Assembly (NCBI GenBank): GCA_963806225.1
Contig: CAWDXG010000004.1
Coordinates: 4,768,001 to 4,832,000 of the forward strand
DNA: 64,000 bases
Direction: 5' to 3'
From: an uncultured delta proteobacterium
GTDB taxonomy: Bacteria; Myxococcota_A; Polyangia; Polyangiales; Polyangiaceae
Below are positions 19,273-30,386 of the stretch, piece after piece (the stretch's first letter is position 1; each line of letters opens with the position of its first letter). The position numbers and the translations under genes are program-made. The notes beneath the pieces were generated by a model. That model was not told the origin of the DNA and did no database searches. It saw only the letters and a list, made by a program, of their open reading frames with translations.

Positions 19273-20694
19273 ATGTCGCTCGCCCAGCCTACGACCACTA
19301 CCACTCCATCCGAACAGCCCGACGGCAAGGAGATCGTCGAGACGGTCGCGCGCCTGCGCCGCGCCTTCGATTCGGGCGTCACCCGCCCGCTCGAGTGGCG
19401 GCTCTCGCAGCTCAAGCAGTTCGCCGCGATGCTCCGCGACAACGAGCCGGCGATGCTCGAGGCGCTCAAGCAGGACCTGGGCAAGCCCGAGTTCGAGGCC
19501 TGGATCGGCGAGACCGGCTTTCTGATGGGCGACGTGCGGTACGCCATCAAGCACCTGCACAAGTGGATGAAGCCGAAGAAGGTGAAGGCCCCGCTGGCGG
19601 CGCAGCCGGCCAAGGCGCGCGTCTACTCCGAGCCGCTCGGCGTGGTGCTGATCATCGCGCCCTGGAACTATCCGATCCAGTTGGCGCTCGCGCCGCTCGT
19701 CGGTGCCCTCGCGGCCGGCAACTGCGCCGTGATCAAGCCGAGCGAGGTGGCTCCCGCCTCTTCCGCGCTGATGGCGAAGCTGATTCCGAAGTACTTCGAC
19801 CGCGACGCCGTGGTCGTGGTCGAGGGCGGCGTGCCCGAGACCACGACGCTGCTCGCCCAGCGCTTCGACCACATCTTCTACACGGGCAACGGCACCGTCG
19901 GCCGCATCGTGATGGAGGCGGCGGCGAAGCACCTCACGCCCGTCACGCTCGAGCTCGGTGGCAAGAGCCCGGCCATCGTGGATCGCGACGTGGATCTCGA
20001 CGTGGCGGCGCGCCGCATCGTCTGGGGCAAGTTCTTCAACGCCGGGCAGACCTGCGTGGCGCCGGACTACGTGCTCGTGCACGAGTCGGTGGAGCAGGCG
20101 CTGCTGGAGCGGCTGCGCGCTACGCTCCGCGACTTCTACGGCGACGACCCGAAAGAGAGCCCGAACTACGCGCGCATCGTCAACAAGCGCCATCACGCGC
20201 GGCTCTCGCGCCTGCTCGACAGCGGCGAGAAGGTCGTCGGTGGCGAAACCGACGTCGAAAACAAGTACATCGCGCCCACCGTGCTGCGCAACGTGGACCC
20301 CGGCTCGCCAGTCATGGCCGACGAGATCTTCGGACCGATCCTGCCGGTGCTGGCGGTGCCCGACCTGGACGCGGCGATCGCCTTCGTCAACGAGCGTCCC
20401 AAGCCGCTCGCTCTGTACGTGTTCACCAAGGACAAGGATCACGCTGCGCGTGTTCTCGAGCGCACGAGCTCGGGCGGCGCGTGCGTGAACGACGCGGTCT
20501 CGCACCTGCTGCCGCCCGATCTGCCGTTCGGCGGCGTGGGTGAGAGCGGCATGGGCGCCTACCACGGCAAGGCCAGCTTCGACACGTTCACGCACAAGAA
20601 GAGCGTGCTCGACAAGCCGACCTATGTGGATCCGTCGCTGCGCTACCCGCCGTACGGCGGCGACAAGCTCAGGTGGGCCAAGCGGCTCGTCTAG
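19273..20694 (+). CDS. Aldehyde dehydrogenase (ALDH3/fatty-aldehyde type)
   Basis: PWNYP, IKPSE, FYTG...VG, LELGGKSP, NAGQTCVAPDY, EIFGP, PFGGVGESG. Confidence 0.95.
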   Translation: MSLAQPTTTTTPSEQPDGKEIVETVARLRRAFDSGVTRPLEWRLSQLKQFAAMLRDNEPAMLEALKQDLGKPEFEAWIGETGFLMGDVRYAIKHLHKWMKPKKVKAPLAAQPAKARVYSEPLGVVLIIAPWNYPIQLALAPLVGALAAGNCAVIKPSEVAPASSALMAKLIPKYFDRDAVVVVEGGVPETTTLLAQRFDHIFYTGNGTVGRIVMEAAAKHLTPVTLELGGKSPAIVDRDVDLDVAARRIVWGKFFNAGQTCVAPDYVLVHESVEQALLERLRATLRDFYGDDPKESPNYARIVNKRHHARLSRLLDSGEKVVGGETDVENKYIAPTVLRNVDPGSPVMADEIFGPILPVLAVPDLDAAIAFVNERPKPLALYVFTKDKDHAARVLERTSSGGACVNDAVSHLLPPDLPFGGVGESGMGAYHGKASFDTFTHKKSVLDKPTYVDPSLRYPPYGGDKLRWAKRLV

Positions 20695-20733
20695 GTCGCG
20701 TCGGGGGGACCGACCAGAAGCCACGAAGCAACC

Positions 20734-21579
20734 ATGCCTGCTGTGACACTGGGCCCGTTGGCACGGGCGGTGCTGGCGCTTGCCATCTCGCACGCACCGC
20801 CCGGTCACTCGCCGTACTCCTACGAAGCGCTGCCTGCTTGCGGCACCGATCCGCAGAACCCGGCCTGCAAGCTCGAGCCGGTGTGCGCCGACCCGAGCGC
20901 ATTCTGCCGCGCGCCGCGTTGGAACGCCGCGCGCCATGCGTGGGTGCGCGTCGAGACGCGCGAGGCGGCGATCCAGCGCTACGTGCGCATCGCGAAGGAG
21001 CTGGCCGGCACGGCCCGGCGGTTGGCCCGCTGCCAGGCGCCCGACGGGGCACCGCTCGCCGACTGCAAGCCGATAGGTTGGCCCGGCAGCGAACGACAAT
21101 TGGCGATCGCTGCGCTGGCCGTGGCGCTTCACGAATCCGGACTGCGCGAGGACGTCCAGTTCGGCTACCCACCGCTCGGTCGCGGCCCGGCGGGCGAGGC
21201 CTGCCTGCTGCAGGTTGCGCTCGACCAGGGGCCGCGGCAGGCCCTGTGGCTGCCCGAGGAAGAGCGCGATCGCATCCGCGCCAGCGCTTCGGCTCGCGAA
21301 GCGTTCGCGAAGACCCTGCTCGGCGACTCACACCAGGCACTCGGTCACTGTTTCGAGGTCGGCATGCGCATGTTGAACGAGGCCCGTCACGCCTGTTCGC
21401 GCGCGGCGGTGCCCTGGGATACCGGCATGTTCTCCATGTACGGCAGCGGCTCCACCTGTCACGCCCAGGTGGGCCGCTCGCGCAAGAAGACCTTCGGCCG
21501 GCTGCTCGTCGGCAGCACCAAGCTGCCGGCGGACGCGGCCCGGCTTCTCGAAGGCGGCGCTGCGCCCGCTGCGAACTGA
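20734..21579 (+). CDS. Hypothetical protein, possibly lysozyme-like/SLT fold
   Basis: AVALHESGL...GPAGEACLLQV resembles the SLT ES/GLMQ motifs. Confidence 0.6.
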   Translation: MPAVTLGPLARAVLALAISHAPPGHSPYSYEALPACGTDPQNPACKLEPVCADPSAFCRAPRWNAARHAWVRVETREAAIQRYVRIAKELAGTARRLARCQAPDGAPLADCKPIGWPGSERQLAIAALAVALHESGLREDVQFGYPPLGRGPAGEACLLQVALDQGPRQALWLPEEERDRIRASASAREAFAKTLLGDSHQALGHCFEVGMRMLNEARHACSRAAVPWDTGMFSMYGSGSTCHAQVGRSRKKTFGRLLVGSTKLPADAARLLEGGAAPAAN

Positions 21580-21603
21580 GATGCGCGCTATGTTTGTCGC
21601 GGC

Positions 21604-22716
21604 ATGAGCGCGAAGTGGAAGCCGAGGCGTTCGAAGAAGCGCGGCGCGACGGCCTCGACGCTCGGGGCCGACTACGTGCGCCGCCCGGGCACCCGGTTGG
21701 GCGTGGTGGTGGGCGGCACGCGCTTCGGCGACGGTGCGGGCGCCGTGCGACATTTCCTCGATCTGCTCGACCTGGACGCCGCGGCGCCGTCGCTCGAGCG
21801 CATCGAGCTCGACTTCCTCGCCCATGGCTTCGCGCTGCACCCGAAGCGGCCAGGCCAGGCAGCGCTGTTCGAGAAGCGCGGCCCCGGCGCCTGCTGCGTC
21901 GATCTGGTCGAGCGCCGCGTGCTGTCGGTGATCGAGCCGATGCCGGGACATGCGTTCTACGGTCACGGCAGCTACGTCAAGAGCGGCCAGATCGTGCTTG
22001 GCGTCGAGATGGACCTCGCGAGCCGCGAGGGCGTGATCTCGGTCCGCGACGGCAGGACCTTTGCCGTCATCGATCGCTTTCCCACGTTCGGAGCGCGCCC
22101 GCACGACTGCGTGCTCGTCGACGGGGGCCGCACGCTCGCCATCACCAACGGAGGCGGCCCGATCGACGACAGCGAGCGGATGCCTTGCGTCACCTTCGTG
22201 GACGTAGCGAGCCGCAAGCTGCTCGACCGCTATCCGGTCGACAACCCGCGGCTGAACACCGGCCACATCGCATTCGAGAGCGATTGGAGCTTCGCCGTGG
22301 TCTCGGCGCCGCGCGACGGCCTTGCCGAGCTGACCGAGCCCGGCGGACTGTCGCTCCGCGTTGGGCAGGCGCCGATGGCGCACGTGCGCGAGCCGGCCGA
22401 GGTCGTCTCGCGTATGCTCGGCGAGTCGCTCAGCGTCTGCATCCACGCCGGAACGGGCGTCGTCGCGGTGACCAATCCATATGGAAGCCTGCTCAGCTTC
22501 TGGCGCATGGACGGCGCGCTGGTCGAGGCGCGCGAGCTGCCGAACGTACGAGGCGTCGCGCTGACACTCGACAAGCAGAACTACATCGTGTCCTACGGTC
22601 CATCGGCAGGCCTCGCGCTCCTCGATGCCGCGTCGCGGGAGCCCCTCGAGGGTCGGGAGCCTGGAAGTGGGCGATTTTCCGGCTCTCACATCTACACCTG
22701 GGCCTATCCTGCCTAG
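21604..22716 (+). CDS. DUF1513 beta-propeller protein
   Basis: AHG, FYGHG, FPT.G.RPHD, LA..NGG motifs. Confidence 0.8.
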   Translation: MSAKWKPRRSKKRGATASTLGADYVRRPGTRLGVVVGGTRFGDGAGAVRHFLDLLDLDAAAPSLERIELDFLAHGFALHPKRPGQAALFEKRGPGACCVDLVERRVLSVIEPMPGHAFYGHGSYVKSGQIVLGVEMDLASREGVISVRDGRTFAVIDRFPTFGARPHDCVLVDGGRTLAITNGGGPIDDSERMPCVTFVDVASRKLLDRYPVDNPRLNTGHIAFESDWSFAVVSAPRDGLAELTEPGGLSLRVGQAPMAHVREPAEVVSRMLGESLSVCIHAGTGVVAVTNPYGSLLSFWRMDGALVEARELPNVRGVALTLDKQNYIVSYGPSAGLALLDAASREPLEGREPGSGRFSGSHIYTWAYPA

Positions 22717-22846
22717 GCGCCGGTTATCGCGCGGCTGCACATTTTCGGGCGCGCGGCACATGCGTCAGCGATGTTTGCAGCGTGGTACGCTGCGGACATC
22801 CTGCTTCCGCTGCCGGGGGGCCGGCGCTGCGCACAGGAGCCTTGTC

Positions 22847-23581
22847 ATGAAATGTCGAACCCTGATTTCCGTCTTCTCCGGATCCGCGCTCGTGTTGGCG
22901 GCGACGACAGCCTGCGGCGGCTCGTCCAATGGCGATCTGTTCGGCGGCCAGGCCCACGGTGCGGCCGGCAGCAACGCCGGGGGCAGCCATGCCGGGGGCA
23001 GCACCTCGACGGGCGGTAGCGGTACCGGCGCGACCGGCGGCCAGGGAGCGGGCGGCACGGGAACAGGCGGGAGCTCCGGCAACAGCGCCGGCGGCAGCGG
23101 CACCGGCGGCAGCGGCACCGGCGGCAGCGGCACCGGCGGCAGCGGCACCGGCGGCAGCGGCGCCGGCGGCAGCGGCACCGGCGGCATGAGCGGTGGCGGC
23201 GGCACGAGCGGTAGCGGTGGCAGCGGTGGCGGGTCGGTCGCCTGCGGCTCCTCCACGTGCACGGCCGGTCCGGACTTCTGCTGCTACTACGTGGACGCCC
23301 AGCAGCCGGCGTGCAATCCGGTCGGGACGAAGTGCTCCCCCAGCACCGATCTATACTGCGATGGCCCCGAGGACTGCCCCGCGGGCTCGGTGTGCTGCGG
23401 CCAGCTGGTCCAGGTCAGCACAAGCAACGGCCAGAAGACCGTCTATAACGAGGTACGCTGCGCCCAGACCTGCGACTACAGCAAGTACCAACGCGAGTTC
23501 TGCCACAATACCTCCCAGTGCACCGGCGGGCGGACCTGTCACTCGAGCCAGTTCCTGTCCGCCTACAAGGTGTGCGGCTGA
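22847..23581 (+). CDS. Gly-rich, Cys-rich lipoprotein
   Basis: AGGAG RBS, TTAC lipobox, GGSGT linker, CDGPEDC..G.VCC motif. Confidence 0.8.
   Translation: MKCRTLISVFSGSALVLAATTACGGSSNGDLFGGQAHGAAGSNAGGSHAGGSTSTGGSGTGATGGQGAGGTGTGGSSGNSAGGSGTGGSGTGGSGTGGSGTGGSGAGGSGTGGMSGGGGTSGSGGSGGGSVACGSSTCTAGPDFCCYYVDAQQPACNPVGTKCSPSTDLYCDGPEDCPAGSVCCGQLVQVSTSNGQKTVYNEVRCAQTCDYSKYQREFCHNTSQCTGGRTCHSSQFLSAYKVCG
23089..23184 (+). repeat. 15-bp coding tandem repeat (GGSGT)
   Basis: ggcggcagcggcacc, about 6 copies. Confidence 0.85.
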
Positions 23582-23766
23582 GCGGGACACAGCGAACCCG
23601 GCGCGCGGATCCGGTCGCTTTTGGTTCCGGAAGGAAGCCTGCGCTAGGCTAGAGCCGTGGCGTGGCCGCGGGGGGCGGCGCACGAGGCGGTGGCCAGCCG
23701 GTTGCAGTGGTTCGACGGCTGATTGTCGTCGCCGTCGGCTCGAAATCTGTGCGAATAAGGAGAGGG

Positions 23767-26700
23767 ATGCGTCTCGGCAGTCTATTCGGTTCCGCGGTCA
23801 AGCTTTTCGGAGACCGCACCCGGCGCGCGTGGGCCGGTAGCACGCGCGCGCACATCGAATTCCGCGAGATCCCGGGCGAGGAGCTGGGAGAGTTCACGCG
23901 CCGCATCAAGGACGCCGTCGGGCGCATGCCCAAGGCGCGCTGGGTCGAGGTCAACCCGCACACGCGTCGCGTGGTCATCGCCTTCGAGCAGAACGCCTAC
24001 ACGCTCGCCCACCTGACGCGCGTGGTCGAGGACGCCGAGCGCGCCGCCCGCATCGAGGAGGCCGGCTTCGGCGATGACACGACGGAGCATCCCGCCGACA
24101 GCGAGCCGGAAGAACGGCTGCTGGTCCAGCTGGCCTCCGACCTGGCCGGTTTCGCCATCGGCATGGCGTTGCGGCTGTCGGTGTTGAGCCCGTCGTCGGT
24201 GGCCAGCAACAGCGCCGCCCTGCTCGCCATCCTGCGCGCTTCGCCGCGGCTGCGCCGGGGGCTGGACGAGCGGCTCGGCCCGCAGCGCGCCGATCTGGCC
24301 ATGAGCCTGGCGCTCGCGTTCGCGCAGGGTCTCGCGCAGCGCCCGGTCAGCTCGTTCGTGGACGTGGTGCACAAGCGCGCGCTGCTTCTGGAAGCGCGCT
24401 CGCGGCGCCGCGTGTGGGAACAGCGCGAGCCCGAGCTGTGCAGCGAGCCTGTCGATCACGGCTCCGACCGGGTCGGCGCCGAGCCGCGGCCCTGCCCGCT
24501 GCCGCGCGGCCCCATCGAGGAGTACGCCGATCGCGCCTGGATCGTCTCGCTGGGTGGCTTCGGCGTGAGCTTCCTCACCACCCGCAGCTTCCAGCGTGCG
24601 GTCGCCGCGTTGTTCGGCGGCTTGCCCAAGCCCGCCCGCTACGGTCGCGACGTGTTCGCCGCGGAGCTCGGCCGGGTGCTCGGCAATCGAGGCGTCCTGG
24701 TCCGGGATTCCGGCGCACTCCGGCGTCTGGATCGCCTCGACTGCCTGGTTCTGCAGGGGGATCTCGGTTTCCCGCGACGAGTTCAAGGTCGGCGAGGTGC
24801 TCACCACCGACGCCGTCGAGGCGGGCGAAGCCCGGCGTCTGGCCGAGTCGCTGTTCGACTCGGATCACCCGATCGAGGTCAGGCGCCGCGACGGCTGGTC
24901 GCTCGGCCCACCGCGCATGCTGGGCGCGATCATGGACGACGGGCTCGACGAGCAGGGCGCCAGGCTCGCTCGCGGCGGAGCGCTCGTGCTCGGGCTGAGT
25001 CGCGCGGGCGAGGTGGCAGCACTCGTCGAGATCCACCTGATCGCCCGCACCGGCATCGACGAGCTGATCGGCGCCGCCCACGAGGCGCAGATGCGCGTCG
25101 TGATCGCCGCCGGCGACGAGTCGGTTCTGCACGGCCTCAACGCCGACGACGTGATCCCCGAGGGCGAAGGCCTCCGGAGCGGTCTCCGCCGCCTGCAGCG
25201 CGAGGGACGCACCGTGTGCCTGGTCGGCACGGGCTCGTCGCCGGGGCTGCCCATCGCCGACGTGTCGATCGGCCTGATCCGCGCCGGCGAGCCGGTGCCG
25301 TGGGGCGCGCACCTCGTATGCGGCGAGGACCTGACCAACGTCCGCTTCGTGATCCGCGCCTGCGTCAACGCGCGGCAGATCGCCAAGCAGAGCGTCAACA
25401 TCGCGCTGGGCGCCGCCACTCTGGGTGCCATCGTGTCCGCCGGCGGGCTGTTGCCGATGACCACGCGCCGCGTGATCATGGTCGTCAACACGGCGACGCT
25501 CGTGTCCATGGCCAATGGCGTGCGCGGCTCGTCCTCGCTGGCGCGCAGAGCGTTGCCGGCGCCTCGCGACCGCACGCCGTGGCACGCCCTGGATCCGCAT
25601 GGCGTCTTGCGCCGTCTGGAGAGCTCCGAACGCGGCCTCACCCGTCACAGCGTGGCCGAGCGCGCCAAGCCGGGCACGCCGGAAAAGCCCGCGCTGGTCG
25701 AGCTGGGCGAGGCCATCACCGACGAGCTGTTCAACCCGCTGGCGCCGCTCCTGGCTGCCGGCGCGGGTCTGTCCGCCGTGGTCGGTTCGATGGCCGACGC
25801 GGCCATGGTCGGCGGCGTCGTCGTCTTGAACGCCCTGGTCGGTGGCGTGCAGCGCTTCCGCACCGAGCGCGCGATCCGCGATCTGGCGCGCACCGCCAAA
25901 CGCCGCGCGCACGTCCGGCGGGGCGGCATCGAGCGCGACATCGACGCCGGCGAGCTCGTGGTCGGCGATGTCGTCCTGCTCGGGCCGGGCGAGCTGGTAC
26001 CTGCGGACTGCCGCATCGTGGAGGCGGAGTCACTCGAAGTCGACGCGTCCAGCCTCACGGGCGAGTCGCTGCCCGTGCCGAAGAGTGCCGCGCCCTCCTA
26101 CGAGGTCGAGGTCGCCGACCGCACCTCGATGCTGTACGAGGGCACGTCGATCGCCGCCGGTCGCGCGGTTGCCGTCGTGATCGCGGTCGGTGATGAAACG
26201 GAAGTCCGGCGCGGCGCGCGCACATCTGGCCCCAACCCCGTGCAGAGCGGTGTCGAGCAGCGGCTCCGCTCGCTCATCGACCTCACCGGTCCGGTCGCGC
26301 TTGGCGCCGGCGTAGGGCTGGTCGGCGCTGGACTGCTCCGCGGCCGGCGCCTGGACGAGCTGGTGGGCGCTGGCGTCAGCCTCGCCGTCGCCTCGGTTCC
26401 GGAGGGCCTGCCGCTCCTGGCCACGGCGGCCCAGCTCGCCGCGGCCGAACGGCTTTCGCGCCGCGGTGCGCTGGTGCGCAATGCCCGCAGCATCGAGGCC
26501 CTGGGGCGCGTCAACGTCATCTGCGTCGACAAGACGGGCACCGTCACCGAAGGTCGCATCGAGCTCGGCAGCGTGTCCGACGGCAAGCTCGAGGAGCCCA
26601 TTGTCGAGCTGACCGCAGCGCGGCGCGAGGTGCTCGCCGCCGCGCTGCGCGCCACGCCGGATCCGCGTCACGCCGAGGCGCGCAGCGACCCCACCGACGC

Positions 26701-28195
26701 CGCCCTGCTGCGCGCGGCGGGGGTCGTGATGGTGCGCGCCGGCTTCGGCGCCGAGGGTTGGCAGCGCGCCTCGGAGCTGCCCTTCGAGGCCGGCCGCGGC
26801 TATCACGCCGTGCTCGGCCACGTCGAGGGCGGCTCGCTGCTCAGCGTCAAGGGCGCCCCCGAAGCCATCCTGCCGCGTTGCACGCGATGGGGTCGCGGCG
26901 ACGAGCGCGCGCCCCTCGACGAGGAATCGCAGCGCGCGCTGCACGCCGCCGCTTCCAATCTTGCACGTCGCGGACTGCGCGTGCTCGCCGTTGCCGAGCG
27001 TTCGGTCGGCCCCGACGACCGCCTCGATCCCTCGCGGTTGATGGGGCTGTCCTTCCTCGGCTTTCTGGCCTTCAGCGATCCGGTTCGCCCCTCGGCGGCG
27101 CTGGCGCTCGAACGGCTCCGGCAGGCGGGCGTCTACACCGTGATGATCACCGGCGATCACCCGAGCACCGCCGAGGCCATCGCCAGCGATCTCGATCTTC
27201 TGCGCGGCAAGCAGGTGCTCACGGGAGCCGAGCTAGGCCGCATGAACGACGAGGAGCTCGATCATCACATCGATCGCGTGTCCGTGTTCGCGCGCGTGAC
27301 GCCTTCGCAGAAGGTGCGCGTCGTCCGTGCGCTGCAGCGCGCCGGACGCGTCGTGGCGATGGTGGGCGACGGCGCCAACGACGCCCCGGCCATCCGTCTC
27401 GCCAACGTGGGCGTCGCCATCGGCGAGCGCAGCACCGCTGCGGCGCGCGGCGCCGCCGACGTCGTGTTGACGGACGAGCGCATCGAGACGCTGGTCGACG
27501 CCATCGTCGAGGGGCGCGCCATGTGGGCGTCGGTGCGCGACGCCGTCTCCATCCTCATCGGCGGCAACCTGGGCGAGATCGGCTTCACGCTCGCCGCGGG
27601 TCTGGTGGACGGCCGCTCGCCGCTCAACGCGCGCCAGCTGTTGCTCGTCAATCTGCTGACCGACGTGGCGCCGGCGATGGCTATCGCCCTGCGCCCGCCT
27701 TCGCGGGACACGCTCGCCTCGCTCGCCACCGAAGGTCCCGACGCTTCGCTAGGCAATCCGCTCAACCGCGACATCGCTTCGCGCGCCACCGTCACCGCGC
27801 TTGGCGCGGGCGGCGCGTGGCTCGTCGGGCGTCTCACCGGCAGCGCCGAACGGGCGCGCACCATCGGCCTGATCGCGCTGGTCGGCACCCAGCTCGGTCA
27901 GACCATCGCTTCCGGCGGGCTCAGCCGACCCGTGGTCGTCACCGGTGTCGGCTCGGCCGCGCTGCTGGCCGGCATCGTGCAGACCCCCGGCCTCAGCCAC
28001 TTCTTCGGCTGCCGTCCGCTCGGTCCGCTAGGTTGGGCCACCGCCCTCGGCGCCTCCGTCGCGGCGACGGGTGCGGCCGCTGGCGCGCCGCGCCTGGCCG
28101 AGAAAGTGCTGAGCCGCCTGCGCCTCGGCGAGATCGTGATGGCCGACCCCGAGGTCCTGGCACCTGGCCGGACGGGCCGTCTCCCCGACGGCTGA
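23767..28195 (+). CDS. Large cation-translocating P-type ATPase (CtpH/CtpI-like), +1 frameshift near 24765
   Basis: TGES, VPEGLP, DKTGT, KGAPE, MITGDH, GDGAND motifs; the long N-terminal half carries a degenerate P-domain copy. Confidence 0.9.
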
Positions 28196-28274
28196 GCTCC
28201 AGCAGGGGGCTCACCCGTCGCGCTGGCGTAGTGTAGCAATATGCCACACTTTGACACGTTCTCGGCGTGTAGAG

Positions 28275-28291
28275 TGTGACAAAATGTCACA
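28275..28291. promoter_or_regulatory. Palindromic operator-like site
   Basis: TGTGACA-AAA-TGTCACA in an AT-rich intergenic region upstream of 28345. Confidence 0.55.
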
Positions 28292-28344
28292 TATAGGCCG
28301 GGTAATTTGGCCGTTCGCCCGCAGCTGTGACCAGGAGCGAAGGC

Positions 28345-29043
28345 ATGAACAAGCTCGCTCTCATCGCCACCGTTTCCCTCCTCGCGTCGGCCTGCGGCGG
28401 CGCGGCCGCGCCGGCGCCGAAGAGCGCGGCGAGCGCCAAGTCGAAGACCGCGTCCCACGCCAAGAAGAAGAAGGCCGGAAAATCCGACGACGACGCGAGC
28501 GCGAAGACCGCGCTAGAGCAAAGCGTCGGCGACTACTTCGTGCAGCGCTTCTCCGGCTCGTTCAGCAAGCAGCCGATGACGCTCACCGAGCGCATCGTGG
28601 CGCAGAAGGGCAACCTGCAGGTCATCGACTTCACACTCGACGCCGGCAAGAAGAGCGAGCACCTGCGCATCAAGCGGGACGTGAACACGGGGCGCATCGC
28701 GCGCGTCATCCGCTACGACGGCAACAAGGCCATCCCCAGCGACATCAGGGCGTACGACGCGATGATGGATCGGACCGTATTCGCCGCGGACGAGAACGTC
28801 GCTTCGCTCGGCGAGAAGGCCGAGACGTGCCTGGTCGGTCAGAAGGAGCTCGACTGCCAGAAGACGCGCTACAAGGTGATCGTGGGCGACAAGCCCGCCA
28901 CGCTGAGCGTTGTCACGAGCAAGGCCGTGCCCGGCCGCGCCGTGGCTGGCGAGCTCCAGGGCGCCGACGGCAAGCTGCTCTACCGCGCCGAGATCATCGA
29001 CATGGGCCACGGCGCGCCCGGTCACGCTGTCGCCGAGAAGTAG
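28345..29043 (+). CDS. Hypothetical lipoprotein
   Basis: MNKLALIATVSLLASAC lipobox; AGGAG upstream. Confidence 0.8.
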   Translation: MNKLALIATVSLLASACGGAAAPAPKSAASAKSKTASHAKKKKAGKSDDDASAKTALEQSVGDYFVQRFSGSFSKQPMTLTERIVAQKGNLQVIDFTLDAGKKSEHLRIKRDVNTGRIARVIRYDGNKAIPSDIRAYDAMMDRTVFAADENVASLGEKAETCLVGQKELDCQKTRYKVIVGDKPATLSVVTSKAVPGRAVAGELQGADGKLLYRAEIIDMGHGAPGHAVAEK

Positions 29044-29100
29044 CGCGGCGCAATCCAGTCGATATCCGCTCGAAACACGGCGGGCGCTAGTATCCGGGTG

Positions 29101-29982
29101 ATGTCGAGCGAGCTTCGCATCGCCGTCATCGGCGACGTGCACCTGCGCTTTTCCGACGACGACGTCGCCTGGTTCAACGAATCCGGGTACGACCAGCTGC
29201 TCTTCGTGGGCGACCTGGCGGGCTACGCGCACCAGGGCGCGCTCGACGTGGCGCGCCGCGTTGCGCGCCTCGAGCTTCCCACGCTCGTGATCCCCGGAAA
29301 CCACGACGCCGTGCGCCTCGCGCACCTGGCGGCCGAGGTGGTGCGCCGCCCGCGGCTCGCACGGGTCCTCGGCGTCGGACAGAACCGGCTGTGCAACGAG
29401 CTCGCCGACGCGCTGTCGCCGGTACCGCTGTGCGGCTACAGCCGCCACGAGCTAAAGCTGCGGGGGCAAGGCGTCAGTCTGGTCGCGGCGCGCCCGCACT
29501 CGATGGGCGGCTCGTACCTTTCCTTCGAGTCGCACATCCGGCATCGCTTCGGCGTCTCCAGCATCGAGCACTCGGCCGCGCGGCTGTGCCAGCTCGTGGA
29601 CGCCTGCGAGTCAGAGCGCATGATCTTCCTCGCGCACAACGGTCCGAGCGGGCTCGGCAGCGGGCGCGCCGATATCTGGGGCTGCGACTTCAGGAAGGAA
29701 GAAGGCGACTTCGGTGACGAGGATCTGCGCCTGGCGATCGAGCATGCGCGCGCTTCCGGCCGCCGTGTGCTGGCCGTGCTGGCCGGTCACATGCACCACG
29801 CCATCAAGGGCGGCGGCGAGCGCTGCTGGCAGCTCGAACGGGAGGGCGTCCTCTACATCAACGCCGCCCGCGTTCCGCGCATCTTCGAGCGTGACGGTCG
29901 CCGCGTGCGGCACCACGTTGTCGTGACGCTTTTCACGGACAACGCGCGCGCCGAAGCAGTGCTCGTCGACGAAGCGGCTTAG
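29101..29982 (+). CDS. Metallophosphoesterase (calcineurin-like)
   Basis: GDVH, VGD, GNHD, AHNGP, GHMH motifs. Confidence 0.9.
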   Translation: MSSELRIAVIGDVHLRFSDDDVAWFNESGYDQLLFVGDLAGYAHQGALDVARRVARLELPTLVIPGNHDAVRLAHLAAEVVRRPRLARVLGVGQNRLCNELADALSPVPLCGYSRHELKLRGQGVSLVAARPHSMGGSYLSFESHIRHRFGVSSIEHSAARLCQLVDACESERMIFLAHNGPSGLGSGRADIWGCDFRKEEGDFGDEDLRLAIEHARASGRRVLAVLAGHMHHAIKGGGERCWQLEREGVLYINAARVPRIFERDGRRVRHHVVVTLFTDNARAEAVLVDEAA

Positions 29983-29988
29983 CGCTGC

Positions 29989-30318
29989 TCAGCCACCCAG
30001 CGCGGCGCGCAGCTTGTCGAGCTGTTCGCGCTCTTCCGCGTCGACCTCGCCGTCGGAGTAGACCACGGCGCGCGCGGCTTCGAGGAAGGTGTGGCGGTGC
30101 TCGGCGGGGATGCCCGCGGGATCGAGCGAGCTGGGCGCGGGCGACACGCTCAGCCACTCCTCGACCTGATCGCGCTCCTCCTGGTCCAGCTCGAGGCGCT
30201 CGACCAGACGGTGCACGAAGTTGCGCTCGGAGTCGCGGATCTCGAGGTCCGTCCACGCGAACCCGCACACGAACTTCATCAGGAGCAGCCGCTCGTCCCG
30301 GTTCAGGTTGTCGAGCAT
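29989..30318 (-). CDS. TerB-family protein
   Basis: FAWTDLEI...E and DGEVD.EERE duplicated acidic motifs. Confidence 0.75.
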   Translation of the reverse strand: MLDNLNRDERLLLMKFVCGFAWTDLEIRDSERNFVHRLVERLELDQEERDQVEEWLSVSPAPSSLDPAGIPAEHRHTFLEAARAVVYSDGEVDAEEREQLDKLRAALGG

Positions 30319-30386
30319 GGCGGCATGCTACCGCCGCCCGCCGCCAGGTTCCAGTGCGGACCCACGCTCCTTCGGGCGGAGGCGTC

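Noticed and set aside
23089..23184. Short tandem repeats as a possible CRISPR array
   Set aside because: There are no spacers; it is a coding Gly-Ser linker, and no cas genes are present.
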